From assembly GCA_050084985.1 (NCBI GenBank), contig JBITNC010000002.1, positions 5,518,001 through 5,582,000 on the forward strand: DNA of 64,000 bases. The letters run 5' to 3'. Each line of letters starts with the position of its first letter. The stretch's first letter is position 1. The notes below the pieces were generated by a model. The model had not been told where the DNA came from. It did not search any database and saw nothing but the letters and a program-made list of their open reading frames with translations. Made by a program: the position numbers and the translations under genes. Shown piece by piece: positions 27,815-41,975 of this stretch. The DNA is from Nageia nagi. Its lineage: Eukaryota > Plantae > Pinophyta.

Positions 27815-28360
27815 CTTATAAAACCCTTTTTGTAGGCAGGAAAGTACTTATCACAGTCCAAAAACCCTTTTCATGGGTAGGAAAGCACTTATTGTGGTAA
27901 GAAAACCCTTATCATGGGCATAAAATACTTATCATATGTAGAATACCTTATTGTGGGAAAACACCTATTGAGATCAAGGAAAGTGTCATTTGCAAAGCTA
28001 GAAACCACATGCTGACATCATGTCTTCACAACACAATATCAGTAGAAGAGGACCTATCAGAGTGTGGCAAGGATAATGTTGACATCATTATTTTCACAGC
28101 ACAACATTAATAGAAGAAGACTTGCTAGAGTGAGGTAGGTATAATGCTAATATCATCATCTTCATGGCATGATGTTAGTAGAAGAAGACTTATTGGAGTG
28201 TGGAAAGATGATGTTGACATCATAATGTTGTGACATGGTATTGGTTGAAGAGATTTTTTGAAGTATGGTAAAGATGATGTTGACTTCACGGTGAAGTATT
28301 AGTTGAACAAGGTTTGTCAAAGTACGGCAAACAGGATGTTGACATCATCAATTTGTGATG
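27815..28360. repeat. Two degenerate tandem repeat blocks (aaaaccctt..gggtaggaaagcacttat; and ~66-bp gatgttgacatcatc..tagaagaagac.. in about 5 copies)
   Basis: Recurrent motifs visible directly; probably retrotransposon UTR or LTR sequence. Confidence 0.75.
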
Positions 28361-30154
28361 GGACATTGTTGTTAAAAAACCTAACCTTGTAAATTATGAT
28401 ACAACAACAAGATTAAAAGTCTAACAATGTTGTTAAAGGATTAGTGAGTGTTGATCTTTATTTGTAATTATTGTAATGACCTGACACATCAAAATAGGAG
28501 TTAAAGAGGCAACATTTATAGAAGAAGTTGAAAATGACCATGAGAAACCCAAAGCCTATGTAACCTTGCAAGAGGTGAGAGTTTTTGTTACACCACTCTG
28601 ATAAATTAATAGAAATAGAGAAATGAAGGGGATGGAGTACAAGAGAAAAGAAAGAAGAAAACAAAGAAACAACATAGGAGATGGAAATTTCTTAGTGAAG
28701 TATTCTTTGTGGCAAGATCGTTGGGTTGCCTATTGGCAGAGTGTGAGGTTGTCAATAGGGTTAGGATATTGCTCCATAAGAAGGGAATATCTTCTCCATT
28801 ATCCTTGTTGTAGAATTAATTGTACTAGATAAATCAATGATGTAATAGTGGTAGTTATATTGTTGAGAACTTATGGTATTTGTGGAAGATATAGTTTATG
28901 TTTCTAGTATATGTATATTGTAAAATGTTTAGACCTGATTCATTTTGTTGAGGGAAGTCCAGAAGTTGTTGTAGAGGCTTGAGTTGATGTTGAGGATATT
29001 GTATTTGAAATAGGTAGCTTGGAGAATACTTGTAGCTGATTTGGTTGGTCTTGGGGGAGCATGTACGATCATAGCGTTGGAAAATACGAATGTCCAAAAA
29101 ATAGAGGCAACATTTAGAAAGCTTATTTTTGTAAACTTCATCCTTGTCAATAATAAATTTTTTTTTAGAAAAGGAAAAACAGTAAAGGGGACATACTCTC
29201 ATAACAATGAGAGGAACCTCTAATTTTTTTATGTCCTTTTTGTGGGTGTGCATTAATATTAGTTTTGTGTATGTTAAAATCATAGAGAGCATCGATAAAA
29301 ATGAAAATAAGAAATTAAGAAATTTGTATGCCTTTTTCTTATGAGCTATAAGCTTTAAAAAATTACAAATTAATAATTAAGTAATAAATATATTTTTGTT
29401 TATTTCTTTTTTCTATTAAATTATCTATAAGAATTAGTGTTATGGTTGTTAGATGGAAGATTGAATAAGGTAAAAGAAAAACTTACTAGCTTAATGTTTA
29501 ATACATATGAACATAATCCTTCACATAAAAATGACTAATTAGAATTTATATGTCACCAACTTACATTACTTTCAAATTGGTTCATGGCCCATGGAGTAGA
29601 AATTAATTTCTAAGAGCAATTGTGGGACTACATCGACAAATTGGGTAGTAGGTTGAGATTATAAAGCCATCATTAACCTTACCAACTAAGGGTATTTATC
29701 ACTCTCCAGCTTAAGAAATCTCATAATAAGGGCACTCATATATTGGTAATCCATTTAAACAATTATAATGGATGGGAATAAAGAAGACATACTTCATAAA
29801 TACCAACTATTGTAGGAGTTCATAAATGTGTTCCTCGTGGAACTTCCTAAACTCCATTCGAAGAGGAAATTTGATTTTTAAATTGATTTTCACTCTAGGG
29901 AAAAACCTATTTCTAAGATCCCATACTCAATGAATACAATAGAAATGCAAGAACTAAGGTTCAAATGAAGGATAGATTACAAAAGGGCTTGATTAAATCG
30001 AGTGTGTCCCAATGGAAAGCATCAATTTTATTTGTTAAAAAGAAAGATGGAGCCTACAATTGTGCATACATTACTGAATGTTAAATAAAGTAATAATAAA
30101 AAATTGAGAACCCTTACCTAGGATCAATGATTTATTTGATCAACTCAAGGAAGC

Positions 30155-33100
30155 TGTTAGGATCCCACATCCTAACATTTTAATGTTAGTATTAGTTATT
30201 ATAATTAAATAACTAATATTGTGATTGTAAATCGTAATATTGTGATTGTAAGGGCGAGGCTCGATCTTGCATTACTATTAGGGTTAGGGTTAGTATATTA
30301 TAAATAGGTAGAATTGTGTGGAGAAAGGCATCTTGAATATTATTTTCACTTTTGGAGTTGTAAGGAGGCAGCCCCTCAAAGCAGCCTATGATTCTATTAC
30401 TATTCAGTAAAACTCTATCTTTATCTACTTATTGTTGCTATTTCAAGTTCTATTTATCAATGCATGCTCTATTATTTCCACTAGATTAGTTGTTATTTTC
30501 CTGTTTCAAATCAATATTCGTTACATTTTTGCAATAATTCCCTTTCATATTTGTAGCATCATAACATTTGGCATCAAAGCTCTTTCTAGGGCCATTCTAC
30601 TGTAGGAAAACAAAAAAAATCTTAGAGGTCTAAGCTAGAAACCCTGTACAAGGGGTTTTAAAATATCCAAGAGGATATATCATTTTTGGTTAAGCATACT
30701 TGCCCATTAAGTTGTGTGAAGTGAGGTGCAAAAAACTTTGCACCAATACCCAGGCCTTAGACAAAACCCTACATGAAATCAGACTCCATGTAAAAAGGTA
30801 TATTGAAGACTATCTAGGCTATAAATGAAAACTAGGTAGGAAGCTATGTTAATCATCTGTAAACTATAGTGCACCAGCAAGTACTGCTGGAAAGTTACTT
30901 ATCACAGAACCATCTCCGTAGCCTCTTTCCTTGCAAAAGTTGGATAAGAGGAGTGTTTCGACAAGCCTACGGAGTAGATAATCCTTACCCTAGAATCCTT
31001 CCTTCACAAAAAAAACCTTGATTTGGGAGGTAGAATGTATGACATGCAATTTTTCAGAGCTACCAAAAATAGCATTTTAGAGGCAGCAAAACCTTCAAAG
31101 CTAAATAACTAAAAATTTGGACCATTTCAGCAGTTGTTAACAAAAGCATATAGACCCAAAGATGTAAAAAAAGAGACCTAGCCCATTAAGATCATCTTTT
31201 TGAGCTGATCATTTTGATATATTACATCCATACACTTTTTGAGCACTTTCTAAAAATAACAATTTTCAAAAATAACAACTTTAGAAATAGCAATTTTCAA
31301 ATATGGCACCTGAGACAAGATCCCAAACAGTAGCACAAGCTAATCCTACCATGATGACATTTCAAATTATGATCCAACAAATGGTAGATACAATTACCAG
31401 TACATTCAAGGTAGAAATCCGATAAATACAGACCTAAATACAAACCCTTGATAGTAAATGTGATAGTGTCCAACTAAGTATCAGTCATACCAATAATGCA
31501 TCCAGTTCATAGCAATCAGGGTAAGCAAAAAATCCATAGGGGTATCATCATAACTTTCAAGGCCAATAAGGTGGTTTCATTCTTCCCCGCATAACCAAAT
31601 TGGATTTTCCTCGATTTGATGGAGATGATCCCACTGGTTGGATTTATAAGTTCGAACAGTATTTCACATTGAACCAAATTCCAGAAGATTTGAAGGTGCA
31701 CATGGCAACTTTTCATTTGGACCGTGAGGCTCTCCAATGGCACGAATGGTACTCATAAATGCATCCTGCTCCTTCATGGGATGAATTTACTCAACAATTA
31801 TTGATCTATTTTGGTCCTAATGACTATGAAGATTTCACAAGGGCATTGACCAAGTTACATCAAACCACAACAGTCAAAGAATACCAAAATCAATTTGAGA
31901 AATTGGCAAATCACACAAAAGGGTTGGATGATGCATTTTTCACAAGTTATTTTATCAATGGATTAAAGGAAGAAATTAAACCAAAGGTCAAAATGTTTAA
32001 TTCCAAAATTATGATGGATGATATTGCTTTGGCAAAGCTTATTGAAGATAAAGTTAGTGCTCATCGATGAAATGTAAGACCCTCATTCACAAAAACACAT
32101 AATATTTCCCATTCCTCTAATAACACAAGTCCCCCACCATCAAATCGCATAATGTAAACTAAGAAGTTGACATGGGAGGAAATGGAAGAGCCTCAAAAGA
32201 AGGGTTTGTGCTATAATTGTGATGAGAAATTTGTTCGTGGTCATTGTTGTACTCAACAAAAGTTATATTTGTTTGATGTTGATGCTCCTAGTGAGGAGAA
32301 ATATGAGAGTGCACCTAAAGAGGCTACAGAGGAAATTCTAGATGAGGAGGCCTTGGTTATCTCTTATAGTGCATTGGTAGTAATTACTACCCCTAAAACT
32401 ATGAAGGTCAAAGGGTTTTTTAAAAAGTTCCCTCTCATAATATTGTTGGATTTGGGAAGTATTCATAATTTCATTGATCCATGGGTGGCTAAGGTTGTTG
32501 ACTGTTACATCCACCCTACAAATAATTTTGAGGTTATGGTTAGTAATGGAGGAAAAATAGCATGTAAAAGCACATGTCAAAATGTCAAACTAAGCATGGA
32601 CCACTATACTTTGAAAAGTGAAATGTGTGCTTTACCACTTGGGGGATGTGATATAATTTGGGGGTGCAATGGCTAAGGACTTTGGGCACTGTGCAATGGA
32701 ATTTTGCAGAGCTATGGATGACCTTCAAAATAGATGAACAAGAGCATACTCTTAGGGGATTACAAGGTGGACCTTTACAAATTGTGAGCTCACATCACAT
32801 GGAAAAGATCCTATAGAAAAATGGAAAGGGATGCTGGCATAATTATACTCTTTATCAATCATTGAATTTGAAATCACAAAGCCTAAGGATCTATAGCCCA
32901 TCTTAAGTAAGAATGCACATGCCTTCGAGGAACCAACGAGCTTACCACTCCAGCAATCACATGATCATGCTATGCAGTTGGTGTCAAAAAGTCACCCACC
33001 AAACATTCATCCTTATCAATATCCTTGTTTACAAAAAAATGAAATTGAAAAATTGGTTTAGGAACTATTGGATGTAGGAGTAATCTGACCTCGTGTAAGC

Positions 33101-36100
33101 CCATATTCTTCTCCAATTATATTGGTTTGTAAGAAAGATGGCCCATGTCGTATGTGTGTGGATTTCAGGGCCCTCAACAAAATTACCATCAAGGAAAAAT
33201 TTTCCATACCAGTCATTGATGAATTATTAGATGAACCACATGGGGCAAGATAATTTTCCAAGTTGGACCTGTAATTTGGGTATCATCAAATCCACCTCAA
33301 AGAGGAGGATATACCAAAAATTGCATTTCGCACCCATGAGGGCCATTATGAGTTCTTGGTCATGCCTTTTGGCCTCACAAATGCTCCATCCACATTTCAA
33401 AGTTTAATGAATCAAGTGTTTCATCCATTCCTCAGGAAGTTCATTTTAATTTTCTTTGATGATATTTTGATTTATAGTAAGAGATGGTAGGAACAAATGG
33501 CACATGTTGACCAAACCTTACAAATTTTGAGGGAACACCAGCTATATGCAAAAAAATTGAAATGTTCATTCGGCAAGAGGGAAATTGACTACTTAGGTCA
33601 CATTATATCTAAAGAGGGAGTTAAGTTGAATCCACATAAGATTACTAACATGCAAAATTGGTCTATTCCTACATCTTTGAAAAGTCTTCGAGGATTCTTG
33701 GCTTGACCGGCTATTGTAGGAAATTTGTGAAAGATTATGGTAAGATTACATCACCTCTAACAATGTTGTTGAAAAAGAATGCATTCTAATGGTCCCCTTA
33801 AGCTGAGGCAGCTTTCCTTAAGCTCAAGGATGCAATGTGTACCACCCTAGTATTAGCAATGCTAGATTTTTTTAAAACCTTTGTGATAGAAAGTGATGCT
33901 TGTGGAGTAGGAATTGGGGCAGTATTGATGCAAGAAATACGTCCCTTAGCGTTCACTAGTAGAGCACTCTTTGGTAAAAATTTGGGTAAATCCACTTATA
34001 AAAAAGAAATGCTTGCCATCATTCATGTAGTTCAATGCTAGAGACCATATCTCATTGGTCACCATTTCATCATCCTCACGGATCATCACAGTTTGAATTT
34101 TTTTATTAAGCAACGTATTTCTACATGCGAGTAATGAAAATGGGTGACCAAACTACTAGGGTACGATTATGAGATAGTATACTGTAAAGGTAAAGAGAAT
34201 GTGGTTGTCGATTCTCTATCTAGAAAATTGGAAGATTAGGTAGCACTACATGCTCTTTCGTCTCCTATTCCTCAATGGTTGGATAAAGTTAAATAGGAGT
34301 GGGTAGAGGATAGCTCCACCCAAGAATTGTTAAAACAAATCACTCAAGGCCCTACGAGTAAACCACACCACACATGGCATGATGGTATTTTGAGATTCAA
34401 AGGTCAAATTTTGTTACCATCTCCTTCAAAATGTAAATTAGAAATACTTACCGAATTGCAATCCACACCTACATTAGGACATGATGGACTTTTGAAAACT
34501 TATAAGCAGGTGGCATAGTCGTTCTATTGGGTAGGTATGAAATTGGATATCAAGCAGTTTGTGGTAACTTGTGATGTGTGTCAATGACAAAAGGGTGAGA
34601 CAGTGGGTACTCTGAAACTCTTTCAACCTCTTCTCATACCTAATCGTACATGGATTGATATCTCAATGGATTTCATTAAAGGCCTACCTAAATCCAATGG
34701 TAAATCAATTATTCTAGTGGTGGTTGATTGATTATCCAAATATGCTCATTCTGGTTCATTGGCTCATCCCTACAAGGCAATGATAGTGGCACAATTATTC
34801 CTAGATACAATTTTTAAACTACATGGCATGCTAGAGACAATTGTTAATGATCGTGATCCCACTTTTACAAGCCATTTTTGCCAAGAGCTTTTCAAGCTAC
34901 AAGGTACCCAACTAAACATGAGCTCATCATATCACCCGCAAACTAATGGTCAGACTGAAATTGTCAACAAATGTTTGGAAACATATTTATACTATTTTGC
35001 ATCAGCACAACCTATGCATTAGGTACGATGGCTTCCCTTGGCTGAGTGGTGGTATAATACATCTTATCATTCTGCCAATAAGATGACCCCCTATGAAGCA
35101 ATGTATGGTCAAGCTCCACCCACAGTCACCTTATTCTGCCAATAAGATGACCCCCTATGAAGCAGTGTATGGTCAAGCTTCACCCACAGTCACCTTGTAT
35201 GTTGCAGGTACCAATAAAGTTTAGGCAGTTGACTCAACATTAGTTACTTAAGATGATATTTTTCGTTTGCTTAAGGATAACCTTTAGATAGCCCAACACC
35301 ATATGAAGAAATAGGTTGATCAACAACGTGTCAAAAGGGAGTTCCAGGTAGACGACATGGTCTTTCTAAGGCTACAACCTTATCACCAAAAATCCTTAAA
35401 AATAAAAGGCCCTCAAAAATTGACCCCAAAACTTTATGGTCCTTACAAGGTGTTGCAGTACATTAGCCTAGCTGCATACAAACTGAAGCTTCTTGATTCT
35501 TCCAAGATTCACCCATTATTTCATGTCTCCTGTCTCAAGAAAGTGGTTGGATCGAAGGTTCAGGTTCAAACATAATTACCTAAGTTGGTAGAGGATGGAT
35601 CAATGGAAATCGTACCTGAGGCAATTTTGGATCAACATTCATGGCAGCTTCGTAACTACTCCATCACAGAAGTCCTTGTGCAATGGCAAGGCATGGCACC
35701 AGAAGATGCAACATGGGAAATACTTCATCAACTGCAGCAACAGTTTCTACAATTCAAGCTTTGAGGACAAAGCTTCATCCTAAGAGGACTGGCATGTTAG
35801 GATCCCACATCCTAACATTTTAGTGTTAGTATTTGTAATTTTAATTAAATTATCGACCTATATTGTAAATCGTAATATTGTGATTGTAAGGGCAAGGCCC
35901 AATCTTGCATTACTATTAGGGTTAGGGTTAGTATATTATAAATAGGTAGAAGTGTGTGGAGAAAGGCATATTGAACATTATTTTCACTTTTGAAGTTGTA
36001 AAGAGGTAGCCCCCTCGAAGTGGCCTGTGATTCTGTTACTATTCAATAAAATCCTATCCTTTTTGCTTATTGTTGTTATTTCGTGTTCTATTTATTAGTG

Positions 36101-36204
36101 CATGCTTTGTTATTTCCACTAGATTAGTTGTCATTTTCCTGTTTCAAATCGATATTCGTTACATTTCTGCAATATTTCCCTTTCATATTTGTAGCATCAT
36201 AACA
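30155..36204 (+). mobile_element. Full-length degenerate Ty3/gypsy chromovirus (Reina-like)
   Basis: LTRs 30155-30566 and 35795-36204, PBS TGGCATCAAAGC, perfect TSD GAAGC. Encodes gag (GLCYNCDEKF..GHCC), [19 protein letters not shown], RNase H ESDACG, integrase YHPQTNGQTE and chromodomain VLVQW..DATWE. Confidence 0.96.
35069..35197. repeat. ~64-bp tandem duplication inside the integrase
   Basis: attctgccaataagatgaccccctatgaagca..cacccacagtcacctt occurs twice. Confidence 0.92.
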
Positions 36205-38099
36205 GAAGCTACAATACTTTTTAAATTTGATTTAAGATCAAAGTACCTCCAATTGCATATCAAAGAAATTTATACATGCAAGATTGTGTTTAAGGTAAGG
36301 TAAAATCATTATGAGTTTCTCATGGTACCCTTTAGGTTGTTAAATGCACCTACTGCTTTTATGATCCTAATGAACAATGATTTATTTAATCAACTCAAGG
36401 GAGCTAAAATACTTTTTAAAATTGATTTAAGATCAAAGTACCACCAGTTGCATATCAAAGAAACTTAGACATACAAGATTGTGTTTAAGATAAGGTACAA
36501 TCATTATGAGTTTGTTATGGAACCCTTTAGGTTGTTAAATGCACCTACGACTTTTATGATCCTAATGAACAATGTATTCAAGAAATTCTTAGATCAATTA
36601 ATCATCATATATTCATATTATGTTGTAGTCAACTTTCAAAGTAGAGAGGAGCATTATCAACATCTACAACTTGTACTAAAGATGTTGAGCGAAATTAAGT
36701 TGTAGGTAAGTTATCAAAGCAAATTATATGTACCACGAATATAGTTTCTAAGGCACATAATATTGGCAAAAGGAATGAATATTGATACCAAAAAAATCAA
36801 AGCAATTATAGCTTAGCCCACTCCTCAAGATGTAGGAAATGTACACAATTTCATGAAACTAATTAAATATTGTAAAAGGTACATGGAGAACTTTTATAGA
36901 GTAGCATATCCCATAACCTCCCTCTAATGAAAGGGAAAGGGGTTTATATGGTACTAAAATAAAAGTTGGCCATTGCATCTATCTTAAGAATCCATAATCC
37001 ACTTGGACATTTCATTGAATATACTAATGCATCCTTTAAGGGACTCAATGGACTTGTAATGCAAAGAGCCATAGATACGTATGAATCTTGTAAGTTGAAA
37101 AAATACAAGAAAAAGTATTCCATTCATAATCTTAAGTTGATGACAACGGTACATACCTTGAAAATTTACAAGCATTACCTCCTTCAAAGACCTTTTGATT
37201 GATCATCAAAATATTTATTCCATTTTTACCCAAAACTATGTTAAATGATCAATAAAGATGATGGATGGAATTCCTCATTGAGTATGATTTCAAGGTAGAT
37301 TACATAAAGGATAAGAAAAATAAAGTGATTGACATCCTAAGTAGGTGTAGGCACCTATGCTTCATATCTAGAGCATATTTAGAAATAGGAGAGTGTCTAA
37401 AATGGATAAATGATGATTTATATTATATAGAAATTAAATATAAACTAAAGAATCCACCTCAAGATTTGTGATCTTAATAGTTATAAACTAACAAAGTTAG
37501 ATCATCATAAACTACTTACAACCATCCAATAAACTTTTATAACCCATCAACGTCTTAAAAGAGGTTGGCTAAAAGTCTTTAATAAGTCGCTTGATTTTTA
37601 AGGCACACACAATAGCATAACCCCTTTAGATAGTGATGAAATAAAATTACAAATCATGAATCAAATGCAAAGCTAGTAAGAGAAAATCCTTATCTAACCA
37701 AGAGGAAATATGTGGCCATGTGATATGCGTAGTTTGACATAAGTAGGGATGATAATAGCACCATTCTCCAATATCATGTAAACCTAAAAATAATATAAGA
37801 GCTTTGTTGAAAGCATTTTTTTCCATTGAATCCAAGTTGACCTTAAGTAAGTTGAGTATATTTCCTTCTTGATCCTTTTGTTGATATATTTAGTAGAGGG
37901 ATTAGAGGTCCTATATGAGAGTGCTCAATGTCTAGGCCTATGGATTGCAAGAGTAAGAACTTATTTTTAATGTGGTATCTTGAAACTACAATTTATAGGA
38001 CACGTGAAAAGAACACCCAAATAAGTGTATGAGGTGACTATTTATAGGTGTCCTTGAATTTGTTTTTGAAATTTGTTGTGATTGTCTTGGTTCCTTTAA

Positions 38100-39590
38100 A
38101 AAAAGGAATCAGCATGTTGTGTGCATTGGTTTTAGATATGCACACAATAGACAATTGTTTATGTTATGTTTTACGGATTATAAAAACATCATGATAAAAG
38201 GCAAACAAATCTCCAAGTTCATACTTAATAACCGCTTGACTTTGAGTTTGTATAGCTCATTTTCAAAGCATGAATTTCTTTCTTCTGTTGAAACTAGATT
38301 TGCTTCAAATTTTATCACTTTACAAAGTGAATTAATGGAGAGAATAGCATTAAGAAAAGTGATAATGATAGTGAGTGAAGAATGGGGTCAATCCAAGCTT
38401 TCTCAAAAAAGCCACTCAAAAGAAATTGAAAAAATTATCTTAAGAAGTGACTTTTGAGAGGGGGTTGAAAAGATTCTAAAGTTGTTTGAACCACTTGTTC
38501 GAATTTTGATAATGGTTGATGGTGACAAGCTTTGCATGAGCTTTGTGTATGAAAGAATGGAAAAAGCAAAAAAAGCAATTCAAAAATCAATTCCCAATGA
38601 TTGGTGAATTGTATTTGGCAAATTATTGACAACAAATAGCTCATGCTTTACCACCATTTACATGCAATTACTCGCTATCTAGATTCCAAATTAGTAGAGG
38701 TGGATCATGATGGAGATGATAAGATTAAATCAAGCTTATTTGAAACAATAGAAATGTTGATTTGTAATGAAGATAACAAAGAGAAAATGCGAAAGCAACT
38801 TACTATTTTTAAAAATAAAAGAAAATGCTCGAATTAAAAGAAGTACAAGTAGATAGAAATGAAATGCATCCAAGTGTATGATGGCAAAATTATGAGGCTT
38901 CTACTCCAAAGTTGCAAAAGCTTGCTATTAGAATATTCAATCAATGTTATAACGCTTCTACATGTGAAATTAAGCACACATGATTTAATCCATCCAAACA
39001 AGAACAGACTTGAGGCTCAAAAATTATCAGATCTTGTCTATTTGCACAGCAATTTGCATTTGCTCACTACTGCTCCTGGGAAACAAGACGATAATTCCCA
39101 CCTTGGTGAACCTTGCTTTGAAGAAAATGAGGACAGCAATAAGGATAATGATGATACAAATGAAAATGATAACAATAGTTTAGATTTGGCGCAAGAAGCA
39201 GGATTTGATTTTGCAGATGTCTAGTTAGTAATCATTTGAATACTTTGCAACTTCTGATGAATCTTTGTTGCAAGCTGCAATTTAAAAGTTTTAATCTTTC
39301 AGTTTCAAATTAATATGTAAAACTTTTGGTATTCTAATTTAAATCTCTATGATCAGATAGAGCTTATTATTGTTTAAATTTTCATGTCATTATGTTTAAA
39401 CTTTAAATTCTAATGTTTTGATTCTTGAATTATATATCATTATGTTTAAATTCTGAATCTCCTATATGGGAAATTATATATTTAGTTATATATATTTTTG
39501 TATATTTTCAAATAAAATCGAACTTTTTTCAAAATTTCAAACTTTTTTCATCTTCCATTTGAATCGAACAAACCAAACCTGGTAACTATG
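38100..39590 (+). mobile_element. hAT DNA transposon remnant: transposase C-terminal half, dimerisation domain and probable 3' TIR
   Basis: VETRFASNF, FEPLVRIL.MVDGDK, LHAITRYL, PKLQKLAIRI and KNRL.AQKLSDLVYLHSNLHL across frameshifted ORFs. Ends ...cctggtaactatg with subterminal tcgaac motifs. Confidence 0.85.
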
Positions 39591-40298
39591 GACATTAGAG
39601 AGCCCATTTAAGCTCAATTAAGTAGAAGTTGCCCCCACAGTGAGGTCTGTTAAATACAATTTCTAAAAGTAAAATTTTGGCACAACTGTTGTCAAATAAT
39701 AAACATAGTGTACATCTCCGACTGAAACAGAGCAAGTCCACAACAAGTGGCAAAACCCAGAAACAAATAAGAAATTTAAAAAAGAGTATATATATCACAT
39801 TTCCTCTAGCTTCCCTGAGGTTTAAAAGCACAAGCATCAAATCAACTTTTGTTGACAACAAGAAACCAGTAAAACCATCAGTGCACTTGGAATGACAGCA
39901 ATCTGAAGAAAATCAATCTCCCTCCACAATGTTTTTAATCATTTCTAAATGATATCACGATGAAATCACTAAAGATTCTCGGCACTATGCCTGTGCCATG
40001 ACAATGCAGAGCAGTAACAAACTTATTTGCTTGCCAAACGCTTTTCATAGCATGACTTCTCCTTTCCTGCACATGACTGCATTTCCTTTACTAAATTATT
40101 CAATATACATAATACAATCGATCACAGAATGATATTAAAAATAAATATTTCCTACGGTTTATGGAATCATACTTCTTATTGTTGGGCACAAAGGATCACA
40201 AGGTGTATGATTTGGAAAATTCTTGTATTCCACCATTTGAGAAGTTACCATTCAAAAATGTAGAGAGTATCTGTTTGAATTCCCAGTATAGATGGTTT

Positions 40299-41626
40299 TC
40301 ATGCAACCAGTGACTGTAGCTTCTTCTCGAGCTGCTTTGCTCCACGCAGTGCATCTAAAGCCTCGGCTTGTTTACCTGCACGTTTTAAATTAAGTGCCCT
40401 CAGTTTCTCTGATTTGATCTTTTCTTCAAGTTGAGACCTTTCTTCTTTTAAACCTTTGGTTTTGCCTGCGGATGGTTGTAGGGTTTCGTTTCCAAAGTTA
40501 CTGCGAACAGGGTTAGATACAGATGTCTCTTTGTTTTTGGGATGGATTCCTTTTGTTGGCATCTGGGTAAAAAGATCACTCTCATTCCAGCCAATTCCTT
40601 TCAAAGCAGACAACAACTGGGGATCAAGGAAGTCATCTAATAGATCCCCATCATCATTGCCAATGCCAGCATTGGAAGAATGTACCTGTGAATTGCTACC
40701 AGATAACTCGTCCATCTGACTCTCAAGAGACTTTGCAAGCTCAATTTCAGCTTCAGCCTCATCCACTCTCCCTTCTCGTCTTAAGACAAGAGCACGCCTT
40801 TTATGTGCAAGTGACTCCTGCTGCAGCTTAAAGCGATCTTTGCTTGGACCCTGCTTGTGGATTTGCTGCTTTCTAGTAGAAACATTAGCTTCAAAGCCTA
40901 TAGGTTGTACAATGGGAGCTGCCTTGTCTTCTACTTCATCATTTCTTACCTGTGGTTTTATCAACTGTTCAGAAACATTAACTTTAGCTGGTGCCTGAGA
41001 TGATGACAACTCTTGTTTGCCACTACTGTACTCGATCTCCCCTTCCCTTTCTAGTAATTTGGCAAGACGCAGCTCCTCTTTGGCTTCTTGTAACTTGCCT
41101 TCTCGTTTTAGTTGAAGAGCCTTTCTTTTATGAGATAATATTTCTTCTTTCAAATTCTGAAATTGGGGAGCACTGGGGGACACATGAACCTTTGTAGTTT
41201 CTGCATCAGATTTAGTTGTGTTGATCTTATTGGGAATATCAGCAGCATTAAATGCCAAATTTGTTTCCTTCTGTGTGATTGTGTCATGTTGCATGGGTCT
41301 TTCTGAAAGAGCACTGGATGACAAAGAAAGATTTGTAGTTTCTGAACCAGATTTACTTGTGTTCGTCTTATTGGAAACATCAGCAGCATTTAGCACCACA
41401 GTTCTCGCCTCCTGTGTGATTGAGTCGTGTTGCACGCATTTTTCTGAATTAGCTATGGCATGGACTTTAGTTATATTTTTTCCAATACAAATACCACTTG
41501 TCGTAGCTACAAAATTATTCCCTTGCTTACTGTCCCTCCTTTTCCCAAAATTTTCTACCTGTTCCAAACTGGATGGCTTCCAAGTATCACCGGTAAGCAA
41601 ATCCATGACATTTAGAGATTGGTTCT
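40299..41626 (-). CDS. FYVE4: FYVE4-like gene, last exon (three more helical repeats and stop)
   Basis: Acceptor gatgcag|AG AAC is phase-compatible with the donor at 41975. Encodes MDLLTGDTW, KRKALQLKREG, KRRALVLRREG, KLRALNLKRAG and ends in TGA. Confidence 0.92.
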
Positions 41627-41975
41627 CTGCATCAAGATGACATGTGGCATTATAAGTTTTCCAATACAAATTCAAATCCTCCAAATAAGCACTAAATTTA
41701 ATTTGGCAATACACACCTGATGCAATATTTGCGCTTTCCTTTTCTTTTGCATTAATTGGCAACCATATATCTTTTTTGTCATATAATCCACCACTACCAG
41801 TTCTTTCACTTTTCATCAGTATTTGGCCTTTTGCATTGCTTGGGTCAGTAGAAGCCTTAGAAACTGCAGTAAATATACAAGCATGTGAGATAACGCTTTG
41901 ATATTGTCCTTATTGCAGTATAATTTAAAGCATTGGGAACCTTGGAACTAAGTTTGCATTCAAAAAACAATTTAC

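Larger units (their letters stand above)
29560..37470 (+). mobile_element. Old Ty3/gypsy (Tekay/Del-like) pol remnant, RT to RNase H, interrupted by the 30155-36204 element
   Basis: LFVKKKDG and PLPRINDLFDQLKEA before the insert; DLRSKY, HYEF.M.PF.L.NAP and MEFLIEYDF after it. Confidence 0.85.

Noticed and set aside
28855-29292. 145-aa ORF and neighbours as host genes
   Set aside because: No recognisable domain; composition typical of chance ORFs in AT-rich TE debris.
41795-41822. Hammerhead ribozyme core (CTGATGA...GAAA on minus)
   Set aside because: No stem II between the motifs and no flanking helices.
41627-41975. Captured foreign coding sequence in the N-terminus of the 505-aa ORF and tail of the 337-aa ORF
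   Set aside because: These lie between phase-compatible splice sites and are simply open intron sequence.
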